Counted from the first letter of the stretch, positions 8,689 to 18,642 are shown. The stretch is DNA of 32,000 bases from Neisseria uirgultaei (GCF_962719845.1 NZ_CAUIYF010000002.1:122667-154666); one strand, 5' to 3'. The notes: a model not told the origin generated them from the sequence alone. Translations and numbers: made by a program.

Positions 8689-11544
8689 TCATTTATCCAA
8701 AATCATATTTTTCAAATACTTCCCAGTATAACTCCCCTTAACCTTCGCCACTTCTTCGGGGCTACCTTCCGCAATAATTCTCCCACCACCATCTCCCCCT
8801 TCCGGCCCTAAGTCCACAATCCAATCTGCGGTTTTAATCACGTCCAGATTATGCTCGATAATCACAATCGAGTTGCCTTTGCCTTTCAGACGACCTATGA
8901 CTTCCAGCAGCAGGGCGATGTCGGCGAAGTGCAGGCCGGTGGTCGGTTCGTCGAGGATGTAGAGCGTTCTGCCGGTGTCGCGTTTGGAGAGTTCGAGGGC
9001 AAGTTTGACGCGTTGGGCTTCGCCGCCGGAGAGGGTGGTGGCGGACTGGCCGAGGCGGATATAGCCGAGGCCGACATCCATGAGGGTTTGTAGTTTGCGT
9101 GATACGGTGGGGACGGCGTCGAAAAATTCGCGGGCTTCTTCGACGGTCATGTCGAGGACTTGGCTGATGTTTTTGCCTTTGTATTGGATTTCGAGCGTTT
9201 CGCGGTTGTAGCGTTTGCCGTGGCAGACTTCGCAGGGGACGTAAACGTCAGGCAGGAAGTGCATTTCGACTTTAATCACGCCGTCGCCTTGGCAGGCTTC
9301 GCAGCGGCCGCCTTTGACGTTGAAGGAGAATCTGCCGACGTTGTAGCCGCGTTCGCGCGAGAGGGGTACGCCGGCGAAGAGTTCGCGGATGGGGGTAAAC
9401 AGGCCGGTGTAGGTGGCGGGGTTGGAGCGCGGGGTGCGGCCGATGGGGGATTGGTCGACGTTGATGACTTTGTCGAGGTGTTCGAGGCCGCAGATGTCGT
9501 CGTATGGGGCGGGTTCTTCTTGGGCGCGGTTGAGTTCGCGGGCGGTGATTTTGGCGAGAGTGTCGTTAATCAGGGTGGATTTGCCGCTGCCGGATACGCC
9601 GGTGATGCAGGTAATCAAACCGAGCGGCAATTCGAGGGTAACGTTTTTGAGGTTGTTGCCGCGCACGCCTTTGAGGACGAGCATTCGGTCGGGATTGACG
9701 GGCGTGCGTTCAGACGGCACGGCAATGGATTTTTTGCCGCTGAGATATTGTCCGGTAACGGATTTTTCGCATTTGGCGACGTTTTCGGGCGTGTCGGCAA
9801 TCAGTACGTTGCCGCCGTGTTCGCCCGCGCCGGGGCCCATATCGACGACGAAATCGGCTTCGCGGATGGCGTCTTCGTCGTGTTCGACCACAATCACGCT
9901 GTTGCCCAAATCGCGCAGGCGTTTGAGGGTGGCGAGCAGGCGGTCGTTGTCGCGCTGGTGCAGGCCGATGGAGGGTTCGTCCAAAACGTACATCACGCCG
10001 GTCAGGCCGCTGCCGATTTGGCTGGCGAGGCGGATGCGCTGGGCTTCGCCGCCGGAGAGGGTTTCGGCGGAGCGGGAGAGATTCAGGTAATCCAGCCCGA
10101 CGTTAATCAGGAAGCCGAGCCGCTCGGTGATTTCTTTGAGGATTTTCTCGGCGATTTGTTTTTTGTTGCCGTCCAAATCCAGCGTTTCGAAAAATTGGTG
10201 GGTTTTGGTCAGCGGCCAGGCGGAAACTTCGTGCAAGGGTTCGCCGCTGACGTAAACGTAGCGCGCTTCTTTGCGCAAACGTGCGCCGCCGCAGCTCGGG
10301 CAGGCGCGGTGGTTTTGGTATTCGCGCAGTTTTTCGCGCACGGTTTCGCTGTCGGTTTCGCGGTAGCGGCGTTCGAGATTGGGGATGATACCTTCGAAGG
10401 CGTGGCTGCGGTTGAAGGTGGTGCCGCGTTCGGACAGGTAAGTGAAATCAATGACTTCTTTGCCCGAGCCGTGCAAGATGACTTTTTTCACTTTTTCAGG
10501 TAGCGTTTCCCAAGCAGCCTGCACATCGAAACCGTAATGCCGCGCCAGCGACTGAATCATTTGGAAATAGAACTGGTTGCGCTTGTCCCAGCCGTCAATC
10601 GCGCCCGAAGCTAACGACAATTCGGGATGGGCAACCACTTTTTCGGGATCGAAGAAATTGGTGTTGCCCAAGCCGTCGCAAGTCGGGCAGGAGCCCATCG
10701 GGTTGTTGAACGAAAAGAGGCGCGGCTCCAATTCGGGCAGGCTGTACGAACACACGGGGCAGGCAAAACGCGCGGAGAACCAATGTTCTTCGCCGCTGTC
10801 CATTTCCATCGCCAGCGCGCGCTCGTTGCCGTGGCGCAGCGCGGTTTCAAAGCTTTCTGCCAGCCGTTGCTTGATGTCGGCTTTTACTTTCACGCGATCG
10901 ATAACCACGTCGATATTGTGTTTGATGTTTTTTTCCAGCTTCGGCACTTCGTCCAACTGATAGACTTCGCCGTCCACGCGCACCCGCGCAAAACCCTGCG
11001 CCTGCAAGTCGGCAAAGAAATCGACAAACTCGCCCTTACGCTCGCGCACTGCCGGCGCCAGAATCATCACGCGTGTGTCTTCCGGCAGTTTTAATACGGC
11101 ATCGACCATCTGCGACACGGTTTGGCTCGACAGCGGCAGCTTGTGTTCGGGGCAATACGGCGTGCCGACGCGTGCGTACAAAAGGCGCAGGTAGTCGTGG
11201 ATTTCCGTTACCGTGCCGACGGTGGAACGCGGATTGTGGCTGGTGGATTTCTGCTCGATGGAAATCGCGGGCGAGAGGCCTTCGATCAAATCGACATCGG
11301 GTTTGTCCATCATCTGTAAAAATTGACGGGCATAGGCGGAAAGGCTCTCGACATAACGCCGCTGCCCTTCGGCATATAAAGTATCAAATGCCAGCGACGA
11401 TTTGCCGCTGCCCGACAATCCTGTTATGACCACGAGCTTGTGGCGCGGAATATCCAAATCGATGTTTTTCAAATTATGCGTGCGCGCGCCGCGTATGCGG
11501 ATGGTGTCGTTGTCGTGTGAATGTCGGGGATGATGGTTGCACAT
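8689..11544 (-). CDS. uvrA: Excinuclease ABC subunit A
   Basis: It has two ABC ATPase modules ([20 protein letters not shown]; LSGGEAQR twice) and zinc-finger Cys clusters. I place the start at the ATG at 11542-11544 ([26 protein letters not shown]). The track start at 11589 is an upstream GTG. Confidence 0.93.
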   Translation of the reverse strand: MCNHHPRHSHDNDTIRIRGARTHNLKNIDLDIPRHKLVVITGLSGSGKSSLAFDTLYAEGQRRYVESLSAYARQFLQMMDKPDVDLIEGLSPAISIEQKSTSHNPRSTVGTVTEIHDYLRLLYARVGTPYCPEHKLPLSSQTVSQMVDAVLKLPEDTRVMILAPAVRERKGEFVDFFADLQAQGFARVRVDGEVYQLDEVPKLEKNIKHNIDVVIDRVKVKADIKQRLAESFETALRHGNERALAMEMDSGEEHWFSARFACPVCSYSLPELEPRLFSFNNPMGSCPTCDGLGNTNFFDPEKVVAHPELSLASGAIDGWDKRNQFYFQMIQSLARHYGFDVQAAWETLPEKVKKVILHGSGKEVIDFTYLSERGTTFNRSHAFEGIIPNLERRYRETDSETVREKLREYQNHRACPSCGGARLRKEARYVYVSGEPLHEVSAWPLTKTHQFFETLDLDGNKKQIAEKILKEITERLGFLINVGLDYLNLSRSAETLSGGEAQRIRLASQIGSGLTGVMYVLDEPSIGLHQRDNDRLLATLKRLRDLGNSVIVVEHDEDAIREADFVVDMGPGAGEHGGNVLIADTPENVAKCEKSVTGQYLSGKKSIAVPSERTPVNPDRMLVLKGVRGNNLKNVTLELPLGLITCITGVSGSGKSTLINDTLAKITARELNRAQEEPAPYDDICGLEHLDKVINVDQSPIGRTPRSNPATYTGLFTPIRELFAGVPLSRERGYNVGRFSFNVKGGRCEACQGDGVIKVEMHFLPDVYVPCEVCHGKRYNRETLEIQYKGKNISQVLDMTVEEAREFFDAVPTVSRKLQTLMDVGLGYIRLGQSATTLSGGEAQRVKLALELSKRDTGRTLYILDEPTTGLHFADIALLLEVIGRLKGKGNSIVIIEHNLDVIKTADWIVDLGPEGGDGGGRIIAEGSPEEVAKVKGSYTGKYLKNMILDK

Positions 11545-11597
11545 AATGGATGCCGCCTGAAAAATAAAGGAAAACCGATATTGTAGCACTTTCTCGG

Positions 11598-11627
11598 ATG
11601 CCGTCTGAAGCCGCGTTCAGACGGCAT
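11598..11627. repeat. Inverted DUS pair in the divergent uvrA/psd intergenic region
   Basis: ATGCCGTCTGAAG … TTCAGACGGCAT. Confidence 0.8.
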
Positions 11628-11698
11628 TTGTCGGCGGAATGCGGCGGATTCCGTTATAATGGCGGCAATTTTAACCCGCTTGAATAAAAGGATGACAA

Positions 11699-12529
11699 AT
11701 GAACCGTCTTTACCCCCACCCGATTATCGCCCGTGAGGGCTGGCCGATTATCGGCGGCGGTTTGGCTTTGAGCCTGCTGGTGTCGATGTGCTGCGGCTGG
11801 TGGTCTTTGCCGTTTTGGGTGTTTACCGTATTTGCATTGCAGTTTTTCCGCGATCCTGCGCGTGAGATTCCGCAAAACCCTGAAGCGGTGTTGAGTCCGG
11901 TTGACGGCCGTATCGTGGTGGTCGAACGCGCACGCGATCCGTATCGTGATGTCGATGCTTTGAAAATCAGTATTTTTATGAACGTGTTCAACGTGCATTC
12001 GCAAAAATCGCCTGCCGATTGTACGGTTACGGAAGTGGTCTATAACAAAGGCAAATTCGTGAATGCGGATTTGGACAAAGCCAGCACGGAAAACGAACGT
12101 AATGCGGTGTTGGCGACTACGGCTTCTGGTCGTGAAATTACTTTTGTTCAAGTCGCAGGCTTGGTTGCCCGCCGTATTTTGTGTTACACCAAAGTGGGCG
12201 AGAAACTGTCCCGTGGCGAACGCTACGGCTTTATCCGCTTCGGTTCGCGCGTGGATATGTATCTTCCGGTTGACGCGCAGGCGCAAGTGGCGATTGGCGA
12301 TAAAGTAAACGGCGTCAGCACTGTATTAGCGCGTTTGCCGCTGACTGCGCCGCAAACTGAATCTGAGCCTAAAGCCGCAGCTCCACAAGCCGCGCCAGTT
12401 TCACAAGCAACTCCGGCTTCTCAAGCTGCTCCGGTTGAGACAGTGGCAAACCAATCTACCGAGCAACAGCAAATCGAAGCAGCGGCGGCTAAGATTCCGG
12501 CGGCTGTGCAAGATGTGTTGAAAGATTAA
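11699..12529 (+). CDS. psd: Phosphatidylserine decarboxylase proenzyme (short, Asd-type) with an Ala/Pro/Gln-rich C-terminal tail
   Basis: AAGGATG RBS. It has N-terminal TM segments, a PVDGRIV motif and the FGSRVD self-cleavage (G-S) site. The last ~60 aa are low-complexity (…[23 protein letters not shown]…). Confidence 0.88.
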   Translation: MNRLYPHPIIAREGWPIIGGGLALSLLVSMCCGWWSLPFWVFTVFALQFFRDPAREIPQNPEAVLSPVDGRIVVVERARDPYRDVDALKISIFMNVFNVHSQKSPADCTVTEVVYNKGKFVNADLDKASTENERNAVLATTASGREITFVQVAGLVARRILCYTKVGEKLSRGERYGFIRFGSRVDMYLPVDAQAQVAIGDKVNGVSTVLARLPLTAPQTESEPKAAAPQAAPVSQATPASQAAPVETVANQSTEQQQIEAAAAKIPAAVQDVLKD

Positions 12530-12559
12530 TTTTGCGAACTGAAATAGAAAATATCAGTA

Positions 12560-13420
12560 CCATCATTCACACGAATGAGGAAGTTTGGTTTTTTGAATTT
12601 TTGCTAATGTTCACACCGTTATGTTCACGAAAATGGGAATCTGGAAATTTAACGTTACAGTGATTTATCGGAAACGGCTGAAACCGAACGAATTGGATTC
12701 CCGCCTGCGCGGGAATGACGACTCATTAGTTACCTAAAACTTAAAAAACAGAAACCTTTACGCCGTCATTCCCACGAAAGTGGGAATCCGGGAACTTAAC
12801 GTTACGGTGATTTATCAGAAATAACAGAAACCGAACGAATTGGATTCCCGCCTGCGCGGGAATGACAACTCATTAGTTACCTAAAACTTAAAAAACGGAA
12901 ACCTTTACGTCGTCATTCCCACGAAAGTGGGAATCCGGGAACTTAACGTTACAGTGATTTATCAGAAATAACAGAAACCGAACGAATTGGATTCCCGCCT
13001 GCGCGGGAATGACGACTCATTAGTTACCTAAAACTTAAAAAACAGAAACCTTTACACTGCCATTCCCACGAAAAGTGGGAATCCGGGAACTTAACGTTAC
13101 AGTGATTTATCGGAAACGGCTGAAACCGAACGAATTGGATTCCCGCCTGCGCGGGAATGACGACTTATTAGTTACCTAACACTTAAAAAACAGAAACCTT
13201 TACGCCGTCATTCCCACGAAAGTGGGAATCTAGAACCCAAATGCTAAGGCGATTTATCGGAAACGGCTGAAACCGAATGAATTGGATTCTCGCCTGCGCG
13301 GGAATGATGGGATCTTGGGTTTTTGCTTTTGATTTTTCTGCTTTTGCGAGAATGACGGCGTGAAAGCAAGAATGATGAAACAAAGAAAATGGGAATGATG
13401 GCATAGTGGTTTGTTCTTTG
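12560..13420. repeat. Neisserial intergenic mosaic element (NIME) array: ~147-bp-period units each carrying two dRS3 repeats (ATTCCC-N8-GGGAAT)
   Basis: dRS3 with spacer GCCTGCGC occurs at 12697, 12844, 12991, 13139 and (degenerate) 13286. dRS3 with spacer ACGAAAGT occurs at 12768, 12915, 13062 (N9) and 13210. Degenerate copies sit at both ends. Confidence 0.9.
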
Positions 13421-13449
13421 TCTTTGCCATATTTCCTAACAAATTGATT

Positions 13450-13489
13450 AAAAAAAGGTTTTCAGAATGCCGTCTGAAAACCTTTTTTT
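13450..13489 (-). terminator. Bidirectional hairpin terminator downstream of znuD (contains a DUS)
   Basis: AAAAAAAGGTTTTCAGA-ATGCCG-TCTGAAAACCTTTTTTT gives a stem flanked by A/T runs on both strands. Confidence 0.7.
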
Positions 13490-13505
13490 GTTTGCCTGTC
13501 CGATT

Positions 13506-15794
13506 TTAAAACTTCACGTTCACGCCGCCGGTAAAGCTGCGGCCCATTTGCGGCGTATCAGAGAGGAAGCTGCTGTGGGCGTAAACGGATTGGTTGAGCA
13601 GGTTGTCGGCTTTGACGTACCAATTCCACTCGCCATAGCGCGTATTGCGGCGGTAGTTTGCGCCGAGGTTGAGCATATGGTGTCCGGGCGTGTGCGTTTC
13701 GTAGCGGGCGAGTTTGTTTTGGGCGAACACGCGGTAGTAGTCCAAGTTGGCATCGATGCGGTCGGTCAGCGCGGCTTTCAGGTGGAAGCCGAGGCGCGCA
13801 GCCGGAACGCGAGGTGCGTTCTGGTCGGCTTGTGTGATGAAAGGACGCTTGCCGTAAGCATCTTCCCTGCCGGGTAGGGATGGCAGGTTTTTCAGACGGC
13901 CTCGTACATAGTCGCCGGAAACGCCGATGCGGTAGCGCGGCGTGGGCTTGAAGTAGATTTCGCCTTCTGCACCGTAGAAGTCGGCGCCGGATTGGTTGTA
14001 GCGCACGAGCTTCATTTCGCTGTCGTCTTCGATGGATTTGGGGCCGCGTCCATCGTTTAAGGTTTGGGCGTAAATGTAGTTGCCGAAGCGGTTGCGGTAG
14101 AGTGCCAGATTGTATTGCCAGCGGTCGCCTTCGTAGCCCAACGCGAGTTCGATGTTGTTGGAACGCTCTTTGTTCAGGTGTTTGTTGCCGACTTCAAAAG
14201 TGTTGGTGGCAACGTGTTTGCCGTGTGCGTACAGCTCTTGCGTTGACGGCAGGCGTTCCTGATGGGAGGCGGTCAGGCTGAGTTTGTGTTGCGGCGTGAA
14301 ATACCAGTTGCCCGAAAGTGCGAACGAGCGGGCGGTTTGGCGGTGTGCGCCGAGGTCGGGCAGGGGCTGCTTGTAGTAGTTTTCCCGATCAATCAATGCT
14401 TTGTCGTACTGGATGGAAGCTTTTTGTTTTTCCACGCGTACGCCGCCTTCAAGCGTGAAGTTGTCCCATTCTGCCTGTTCTACGCCGAAAAAGCTGTAAT
14501 GTTGCACTTTATTGTCAAGCAGCATCGGTTGTTTAACCGCTTCGGATATGGCAGATAAAGCACTGGATTTTTGTTGTAAATATTGCACGCCCCAGCTGCC
14601 TTTCAGACGGCCTATGGGTTGGTGGCGCAACTCGATACGGGCGTTTTGCGTTTTGTTGTTGAAGAAGTTTTCGACCGCATCGCCTGCTTTTTCGTCGTGG
14701 CGGTAGTCGTTGCGGTTCAGGTGTACGCGCAGGGCTTCAAAACCGGGGAGAGGCTGCTTCCATTCGGCGCGGAGTTCGTAGCGTTTGTTGCGCAGGTCTA
14801 TCCACGGTCTGCCGTTGTGGGTGTGTGCGTGTGCACCGTCGCCGTCGTGAGAACCGCAGCTCAAGCCCGGATTGTCGTAATCGATGTCTTCTTCGGTCAA
14901 CAAGTGCGGATAAAGCTGCAAATAGCGTTTGTTAATCAAGCTCTTTTGCCAGATGATGTCGGCGTGGCAATCATCGTATTCGTGGCTGTGGGCAGGCAGG
15001 CCGTATTGGTCGCGACGGTCGCTGTACGCTACGCCGATAAAACCTTTTTCGCCTACCCAAGACAGCCCGATAGTGCCTGTTTTGGAATCGGCATGGCTGT
15101 CGGGCAGTCGTTTCAGACGGCCTTCTTCTTTTTGATAGCGCGGTACGGCGTAGTCGCCCGATTTACGGTACAAGCCTTCGGTATGCAGCACGAAGTTGTT
15201 GCCCAAACCGATATTGATGCCGCCGGACGTGAGTTTTTCCAGATTGCCGCTGCTCAAACGCAATCCAGCTTCGCCCGATACGCCGTTTTCAGGTATTTTT
15301 TCGGGAATTTTGCCATCGGCAACATCAACCAAACCGGCCACATTGCCCGAGCTGTACAAGAGCGTTACCGGCCCGCGCAGGATTTCAACCTGTTGTGACA
15401 AGGCGGTATCTACCATAATGGCGTGATCGGGCGAAAAGTCCGCCATATCGCCTGTTTCGCCGTGATGGTTCAACACTTTAATCCGCCTGCCCGTCTGCCC
15501 GCGTATCACAGGCGCAGACGCACCGCCGCCGTATTGCGAAGCGTGGATGCCCGGTACGCCGTCCAAAGCGTCGCCCAAGTTGACGGCTTTTTGGCGCAAA
15601 GTATCGCCGGAGATGATTTTATCGGAGGCGGTTGAAGTGTGTAACAGTCCCGAAGTCGCGCGCGGACGGCTTTTGCCGACAACGCTGACCGTTTCCAAGT
15701 CCACCGATTGCTCGGTTTCATGTGCTAGGGCGGGGGGGGGCGTGCTGATTAAAAGAATTGATAAAACAATGGGTTTGAGTGTAATTTGTGCCAT
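13506..15794 (-). CDS. znuD: Zinc-regulated TonB-dependent outer-membrane receptor ZnuD/TdfJ
   Basis: The 762-aa ORF has a signal peptide, a TonB box/plug (ETVSVVGK…), the His-rich loop HSHEYDDCHAD…GAHAHTHNG and a terminal …GGVNVKF. It matches my recollection of meningococcal ZnuD almost along its full length. A Zur box lies upstream. Confidence 0.92.
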   Translation of the reverse strand: MAQITLKPIVLSILLISTPPPALAHETEQSVDLETVSVVGKSRPRATSGLLHTSTASDKIISGDTLRQKAVNLGDALDGVPGIHASQYGGGASAPVIRGQTGRRIKVLNHHGETGDMADFSPDHAIMVDTALSQQVEILRGPVTLLYSSGNVAGLVDVADGKIPEKIPENGVSGEAGLRLSSGNLEKLTSGGINIGLGNNFVLHTEGLYRKSGDYAVPRYQKEEGRLKRLPDSHADSKTGTIGLSWVGEKGFIGVAYSDRRDQYGLPAHSHEYDDCHADIIWQKSLINKRYLQLYPHLLTEEDIDYDNPGLSCGSHDGDGAHAHTHNGRPWIDLRNKRYELRAEWKQPLPGFEALRVHLNRNDYRHDEKAGDAVENFFNNKTQNARIELRHQPIGRLKGSWGVQYLQQKSSALSAISEAVKQPMLLDNKVQHYSFFGVEQAEWDNFTLEGGVRVEKQKASIQYDKALIDRENYYKQPLPDLGAHRQTARSFALSGNWYFTPQHKLSLTASHQERLPSTQELYAHGKHVATNTFEVGNKHLNKERSNNIELALGYEGDRWQYNLALYRNRFGNYIYAQTLNDGRGPKSIEDDSEMKLVRYNQSGADFYGAEGEIYFKPTPRYRIGVSGDYVRGRLKNLPSLPGREDAYGKRPFITQADQNAPRVPAARLGFHLKAALTDRIDANLDYYRVFAQNKLARYETHTPGHHMLNLGANYRRNTRYGEWNWYVKADNLLNQSVYAHSSFLSDTPQMGRSFTGGVNVKF
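15732..15740. repeat. G9 (C9 on the coding strand) homopolymer inside the znuD signal-peptide codons
   Basis: The coding strand reads agc acg CCC CCC CCC gcc (…LISTPPPALA-HE…). The gene is in frame with 9 residues. Confidence 0.95.
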
Positions 15795-15822
15795 TTTGGT
15801 TTCTCGTCGCGTTTCAAAATTT

Positions 15823-15837
15823 TGTTATTATATAACA
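15823..15837. promoter_or_regulatory. Zur box (perfect 15-bp palindrome TGTTATTATATAACA) upstream of znuD
   Basis: It lies 29-43 nt upstream of the znuD ATG and matches the neisserial Zur operator pattern TGTTAT-N3-ATAACA. Confidence 0.8.
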
Positions 15838-15949
15838 TTGCATTTTTTATATCATAAGATTTTGAGAACACTCAGAGGGCATAGGCAAAAGTTTTTCAAA
15901 TGACGCGGTTGCGGCATCGGGCGGTGTCCATTTGTATCCGCCGTCATTC

Positions 15950-15957
15950 GGGGGGGG
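15950..15957. repeat. G8 homopolymer in the znuD-trpG intergenic region
   Basis: Read directly: cattcGGGGGGGGcgcgg. Confidence 0.9.
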
Positions 15958-16218
15958 CGCGGTTGATGTTGATGCAGATTCTGCTGTGTTTGCCTATTAT
16001 GTTCGGCTGCGGGATAACCAAAATTTATGAGGGCATAAAATCGGTGCTTTCCCGAACGGTCGAAAAGGTGGCAAAATGGCGTACTTGTCAGAACGCGAGG
16101 CTCTGCGCCAGATTCACGAGGGCGCATCGGGCACGCTAAGATATAAGGGGTATGGATGGGGATATCGGAAATGCAGTTAATAATAAACAAAATTATAAAT
16201 CAATAGGTTAATCACAAA

Positions 16219-16809
16219 ATGCTTTTGTTTATCGACAATTACGACAGTTTTACTTACAACATCGTCCAGTATTTCGCTGAATTGGGGCAGGAAGTTGCCG
16301 TGCGCTGCAACGATGATATTACGTTGGAGGAAATCGAAGCCTTGAATCCGCAATATCTCGTTATCGGACCCGGTCCGTGTTCGCCCAAAGAAGCGGGGAT
16401 TTCCGTGGCGGCGATGCGCCATTTCGCCGGCAGGCTGCCGATTATGGGTGTGTGCCTCGGGCATCAGACGATAGGCGAGGCGTTCGGCGGCAGGATAGTC
16501 CGCGCCAAAACGCTGATGCACGGCAAGGTGTCGCCCGTGTCCCATTCTGGCAAGGGGATGTTTAAGGGTTTGCCCAATCCGGTTACCTGTACGCGTTATC
16601 ACAGCCTCGTTATCGAACGCGGCACGATGCCCGAATGTTTGGAAGTAACGGCTTGGACGGAAGACGGCGAGATTATGGGCGTGCGCCATAAGGAATATGC
16701 CGTCGAGGGCGTGCAGTTCCACCCCGAAGCCCTTTTGACCGAACACGGACATGATATGTTAAACAATTTTTTAGTTGAATTTCAAAACTTCAAACCGCAA
16801 AAAATCTGA
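16219..16809 (+). CDS. trpG: Anthranilate/aminodeoxychorismate synthase glutamine amidotransferase component II
   Basis: It is a class-I GATase ([14 protein letters not shown]…, catalytic GVCLGHQ, …VQFHPE) immediately upstream of trpD. Confidence 0.9.
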   Translation: MLLFIDNYDSFTYNIVQYFAELGQEVAVRCNDDITLEEIEALNPQYLVIGPGPCSPKEAGISVAAMRHFAGRLPIMGVCLGHQTIGEAFGGRIVRAKTLMHGKVSPVSHSGKGMFKGLPNPVTCTRYHSLVIERGTMPECLEVTAWTEDGEIMGVRHKEYAVEGVQFHPEALLTEHGHDMLNNFLVEFQNFKPQKI

Positions 16810-16813
16810 CGTG

Positions 16814-16841
16814 ATGCCGTCTGAAGCCCTTCAGACGGCAT
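16814..16841 (+). terminator. Inverted DUS pair hairpin downstream of trpG
   Basis: ATGCCGTCTGAAG-CC-CTTCAGACGGCAT is followed by TTT. Confidence 0.6.
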
Positions 16842-16872
16842 TTTCGTCCGAATATTGAACGGAGGACAAAAA

Positions 16873-17901
16873 ATGATTACACCGCAACAGGCTATCGAAC
16901 GATTAATCAGCAATAATGAGTTGTTTTACGATGAAATGACCGACTTGATGCGTCAGATTATGAGTGGAAAAGTGCCGCCCGAACAAATTGCGGCGATTTT
17001 GACAGGATTGCGTATCAAGGTTGAAACCGTTTCCGAAATTACCGCCGCCGCCGCCGTGATGCGCGAGTTTGCGGCAAAAGTGCCGCTGGAGAATGCGGAG
17101 GGGCTGGTCGATATCGTCGGTACGGGCGGGGATGGCGCGAAAACCTTTAATATTTCGACGACTTCGATGTTTATTGCCGCAGCGGCAGGCGCGAAGGTTG
17201 CCAAACACGGCGGGCGTTCTGTTTCATCTTCCAGCGGCGCGGCGGACGTGGTGGAGCAGATGGGCGCAAACCTCAACCTGACTCCCGAACAGATTGCCCA
17301 AAGTATCAGGCAGACCGGCATCGGGTTTATGTTCGCGCCCAATCACCACAGTGCCATGCGCTATGTCGCCCCGGTGCGCCGTTCGCTCGGTTTCCGAAGT
17401 ATTTTCAATATATTGGGTCCGTTAACCAATCCTGCGGGTGCGCCGAACCAGCTTTTGGGCGTGTTCCATACCGATTTGTGCGGCATTTTGTCGCGGGTCT
17501 TGCAACAACTCGGTTCAAAACACGTTTTGGTTGTTTGCGGGGAGGGCGGTTTGGATGAAATTACACTGACGGGCAAAACGCGCGTTGCCGAACTCAAAGA
17601 CGGAAAAATCAGCGAATACGACATCCTCCCCGAAGATTTCGATATCGAAACCCGCCGCAATTTGGATGAAATCAAAGTTGCCAATACTCAGGAATCTTTG
17701 TTGAAAATGAACGAGGTGTTGGACGGGAAAGAAGGGGCTGCGCGCGATATCGTATTGCTCAACACCGCCGCCGCCCTATATGCCGGAAATGTCGCTGCTT
17801 CGCTTTCAGACGGCATATCTGCCGCACGGGAAGCGATTGATTCAGGTAGGGCGAAGGCGAAAAAAGAGGAATTTGTCGGGTTTACGCGGCAATTCGCCTA
17901 A
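16873..17901 (+). CDS. trpD: Anthranilate phosphoribosyltransferase
   Basis: The ATG at 16873 is preceded by GGAGGA (16861-16866). Motifs GTGGDG and KHGGRSVSS are present. The track start at 16855 is an upstream TTG. Confidence 0.93.
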   Translation: MITPQQAIERLISNNELFYDEMTDLMRQIMSGKVPPEQIAAILTGLRIKVETVSEITAAAAVMREFAAKVPLENAEGLVDIVGTGGDGAKTFNISTTSMFIAAAAGAKVAKHGGRSVSSSSGAADVVEQMGANLNLTPEQIAQSIRQTGIGFMFAPNHHSAMRYVAPVRRSLGFRSIFNILGPLTNPAGAPNQLLGVFHTDLCGILSRVLQQLGSKHVLVVCGEGGLDEITLTGKTRVAELKDGKISEYDILPEDFDIETRRNLDEIKVANTQESLLKMNEVLDGKEGAARDIVLLNTAAALYAGNVAASLSDGISAAREAIDSGRAKAKKEEFVGFTRQFA

Positions 17902-17926
17902 GCTGGCAGAATGAATATAGAGCAAC

Positions 17927-17958
17927 AAATGCCGTCTGAAAGGCTTCAGACGGCATTT
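17927..17958 (+). terminator. Inverted DUS pair hairpin downstream of trpD
   Basis: AAATGCCGTCTGAA-AGGC-TTCAGACGGCATTT. Confidence 0.65.
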
Positions 17959-18387
17959 GTGTTTCAGGGTTAAAAGAATGGAGAGGGCAATTTATTTATA
18001 TAAAAACTTTTGGGGCTGTAAAGGAGTAAAGATTGCAGTTGCAACGTGTGGTAGAGTACGGGTGAAGATGGTAAAACTTATAACAGCGGAGCCTATTCGA
18101 TTGTGCATAACAAGGATTTTATTGGTAATAGATCGACAATGTGGATACCGCCATTTTTCTTGTTAGGAATAATGGCACTACACAAGGTACATGTAAGGGG
18201 TTTTGCTATCCGCATAGCAGTTATTTTGCAGAAGTGCCTGAGCAGTATCAAAGAGATAAAAATGGGAATATTAAAATGGAAAATGGGAAAAACTTTAAAG
18301 AAATCAGGTATAAGAAAGGTACAGTTGAATCTGTTATTTCTCAATTGAATCTATAATATATTTTGAGACTGTACTAGAACAGCAGAT

Positions 18388-18642
18388 ATGTTACCCTTGA
18401 AATATGAAGATAATGTACTGAAAATTAAAGAAAAAATATAGAAAGAACTACTCCGCTTTTTTGTGCTGGAAGTTACCGCCCGATATAAGGCTTCAATAAC
18501 TGCGCCACTTACCAAAAATCAGAAAAAAGCTTTTCCTGAAATTGAAAGAACGGGAGCAACAGTGGTCGGCAAGGGGAAACCAGGCTATCCAAAGGGGACC
18601 AAAATTAAGCCTACTAAAGTTATCATTGAAAGGAAAGGATAA
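18388..18642 (+). pseudogene. Remnant of a polymorphic-toxin C-terminal domain with an in-frame TAG (18439-18441)
   Basis: My translation is MLPLKYEDNVLKIKEKI*KELLRFFVLEVTARYKASITAPLTKNQKKAFPEIERTGATVVGKGKPGYPKGTKIKPTKVIIERKG*. The tail recalls PD-(D/E)xK-type toxin C-termini (E-V-K…LT-x-NQ). The stop overlaps the next ATG (TAATG). Confidence 0.4.

Noticed and set aside
9160-10503. 447-aa ORF on the + strand inside uvrA (also 9413-10090, 10627-11094 and 11073-11429)
   Set aside because: It is antisense to a confidently identified uvrA. The translations are Ala/Gly/Val/Phe-rich with no motifs, the typical shadow-ORF composition in GC-rich coding DNA.
11545-11589. Upstream GTG start for uvrA (track ORF start 11589)
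   Set aside because: The extension ([15 protein letters not shown]) is not UvrA-like, and the canonical N-terminus begins at the ATG at 11544.
12560-13420. The regularly spaced palindromic repeats could superficially resemble a CRISPR array
   Set aside because: The 'spacers' are themselves repeated nearly identically every ~147 bp, the repeats are the known 20-bp dRS3 palindromes, and no cas genes are nearby. This is a NIME array. ORFs 13183-13404 and 13254-13442 lie within the repeats and are judged spurious.
14583-15398. 271-aa + strand ORF (and several shorter ones) inside znuD
   Set aside because: It is antisense to the full-length TonB-dependent receptor gene. The sequence is low-complexity and Val/Ala/Phe-rich.
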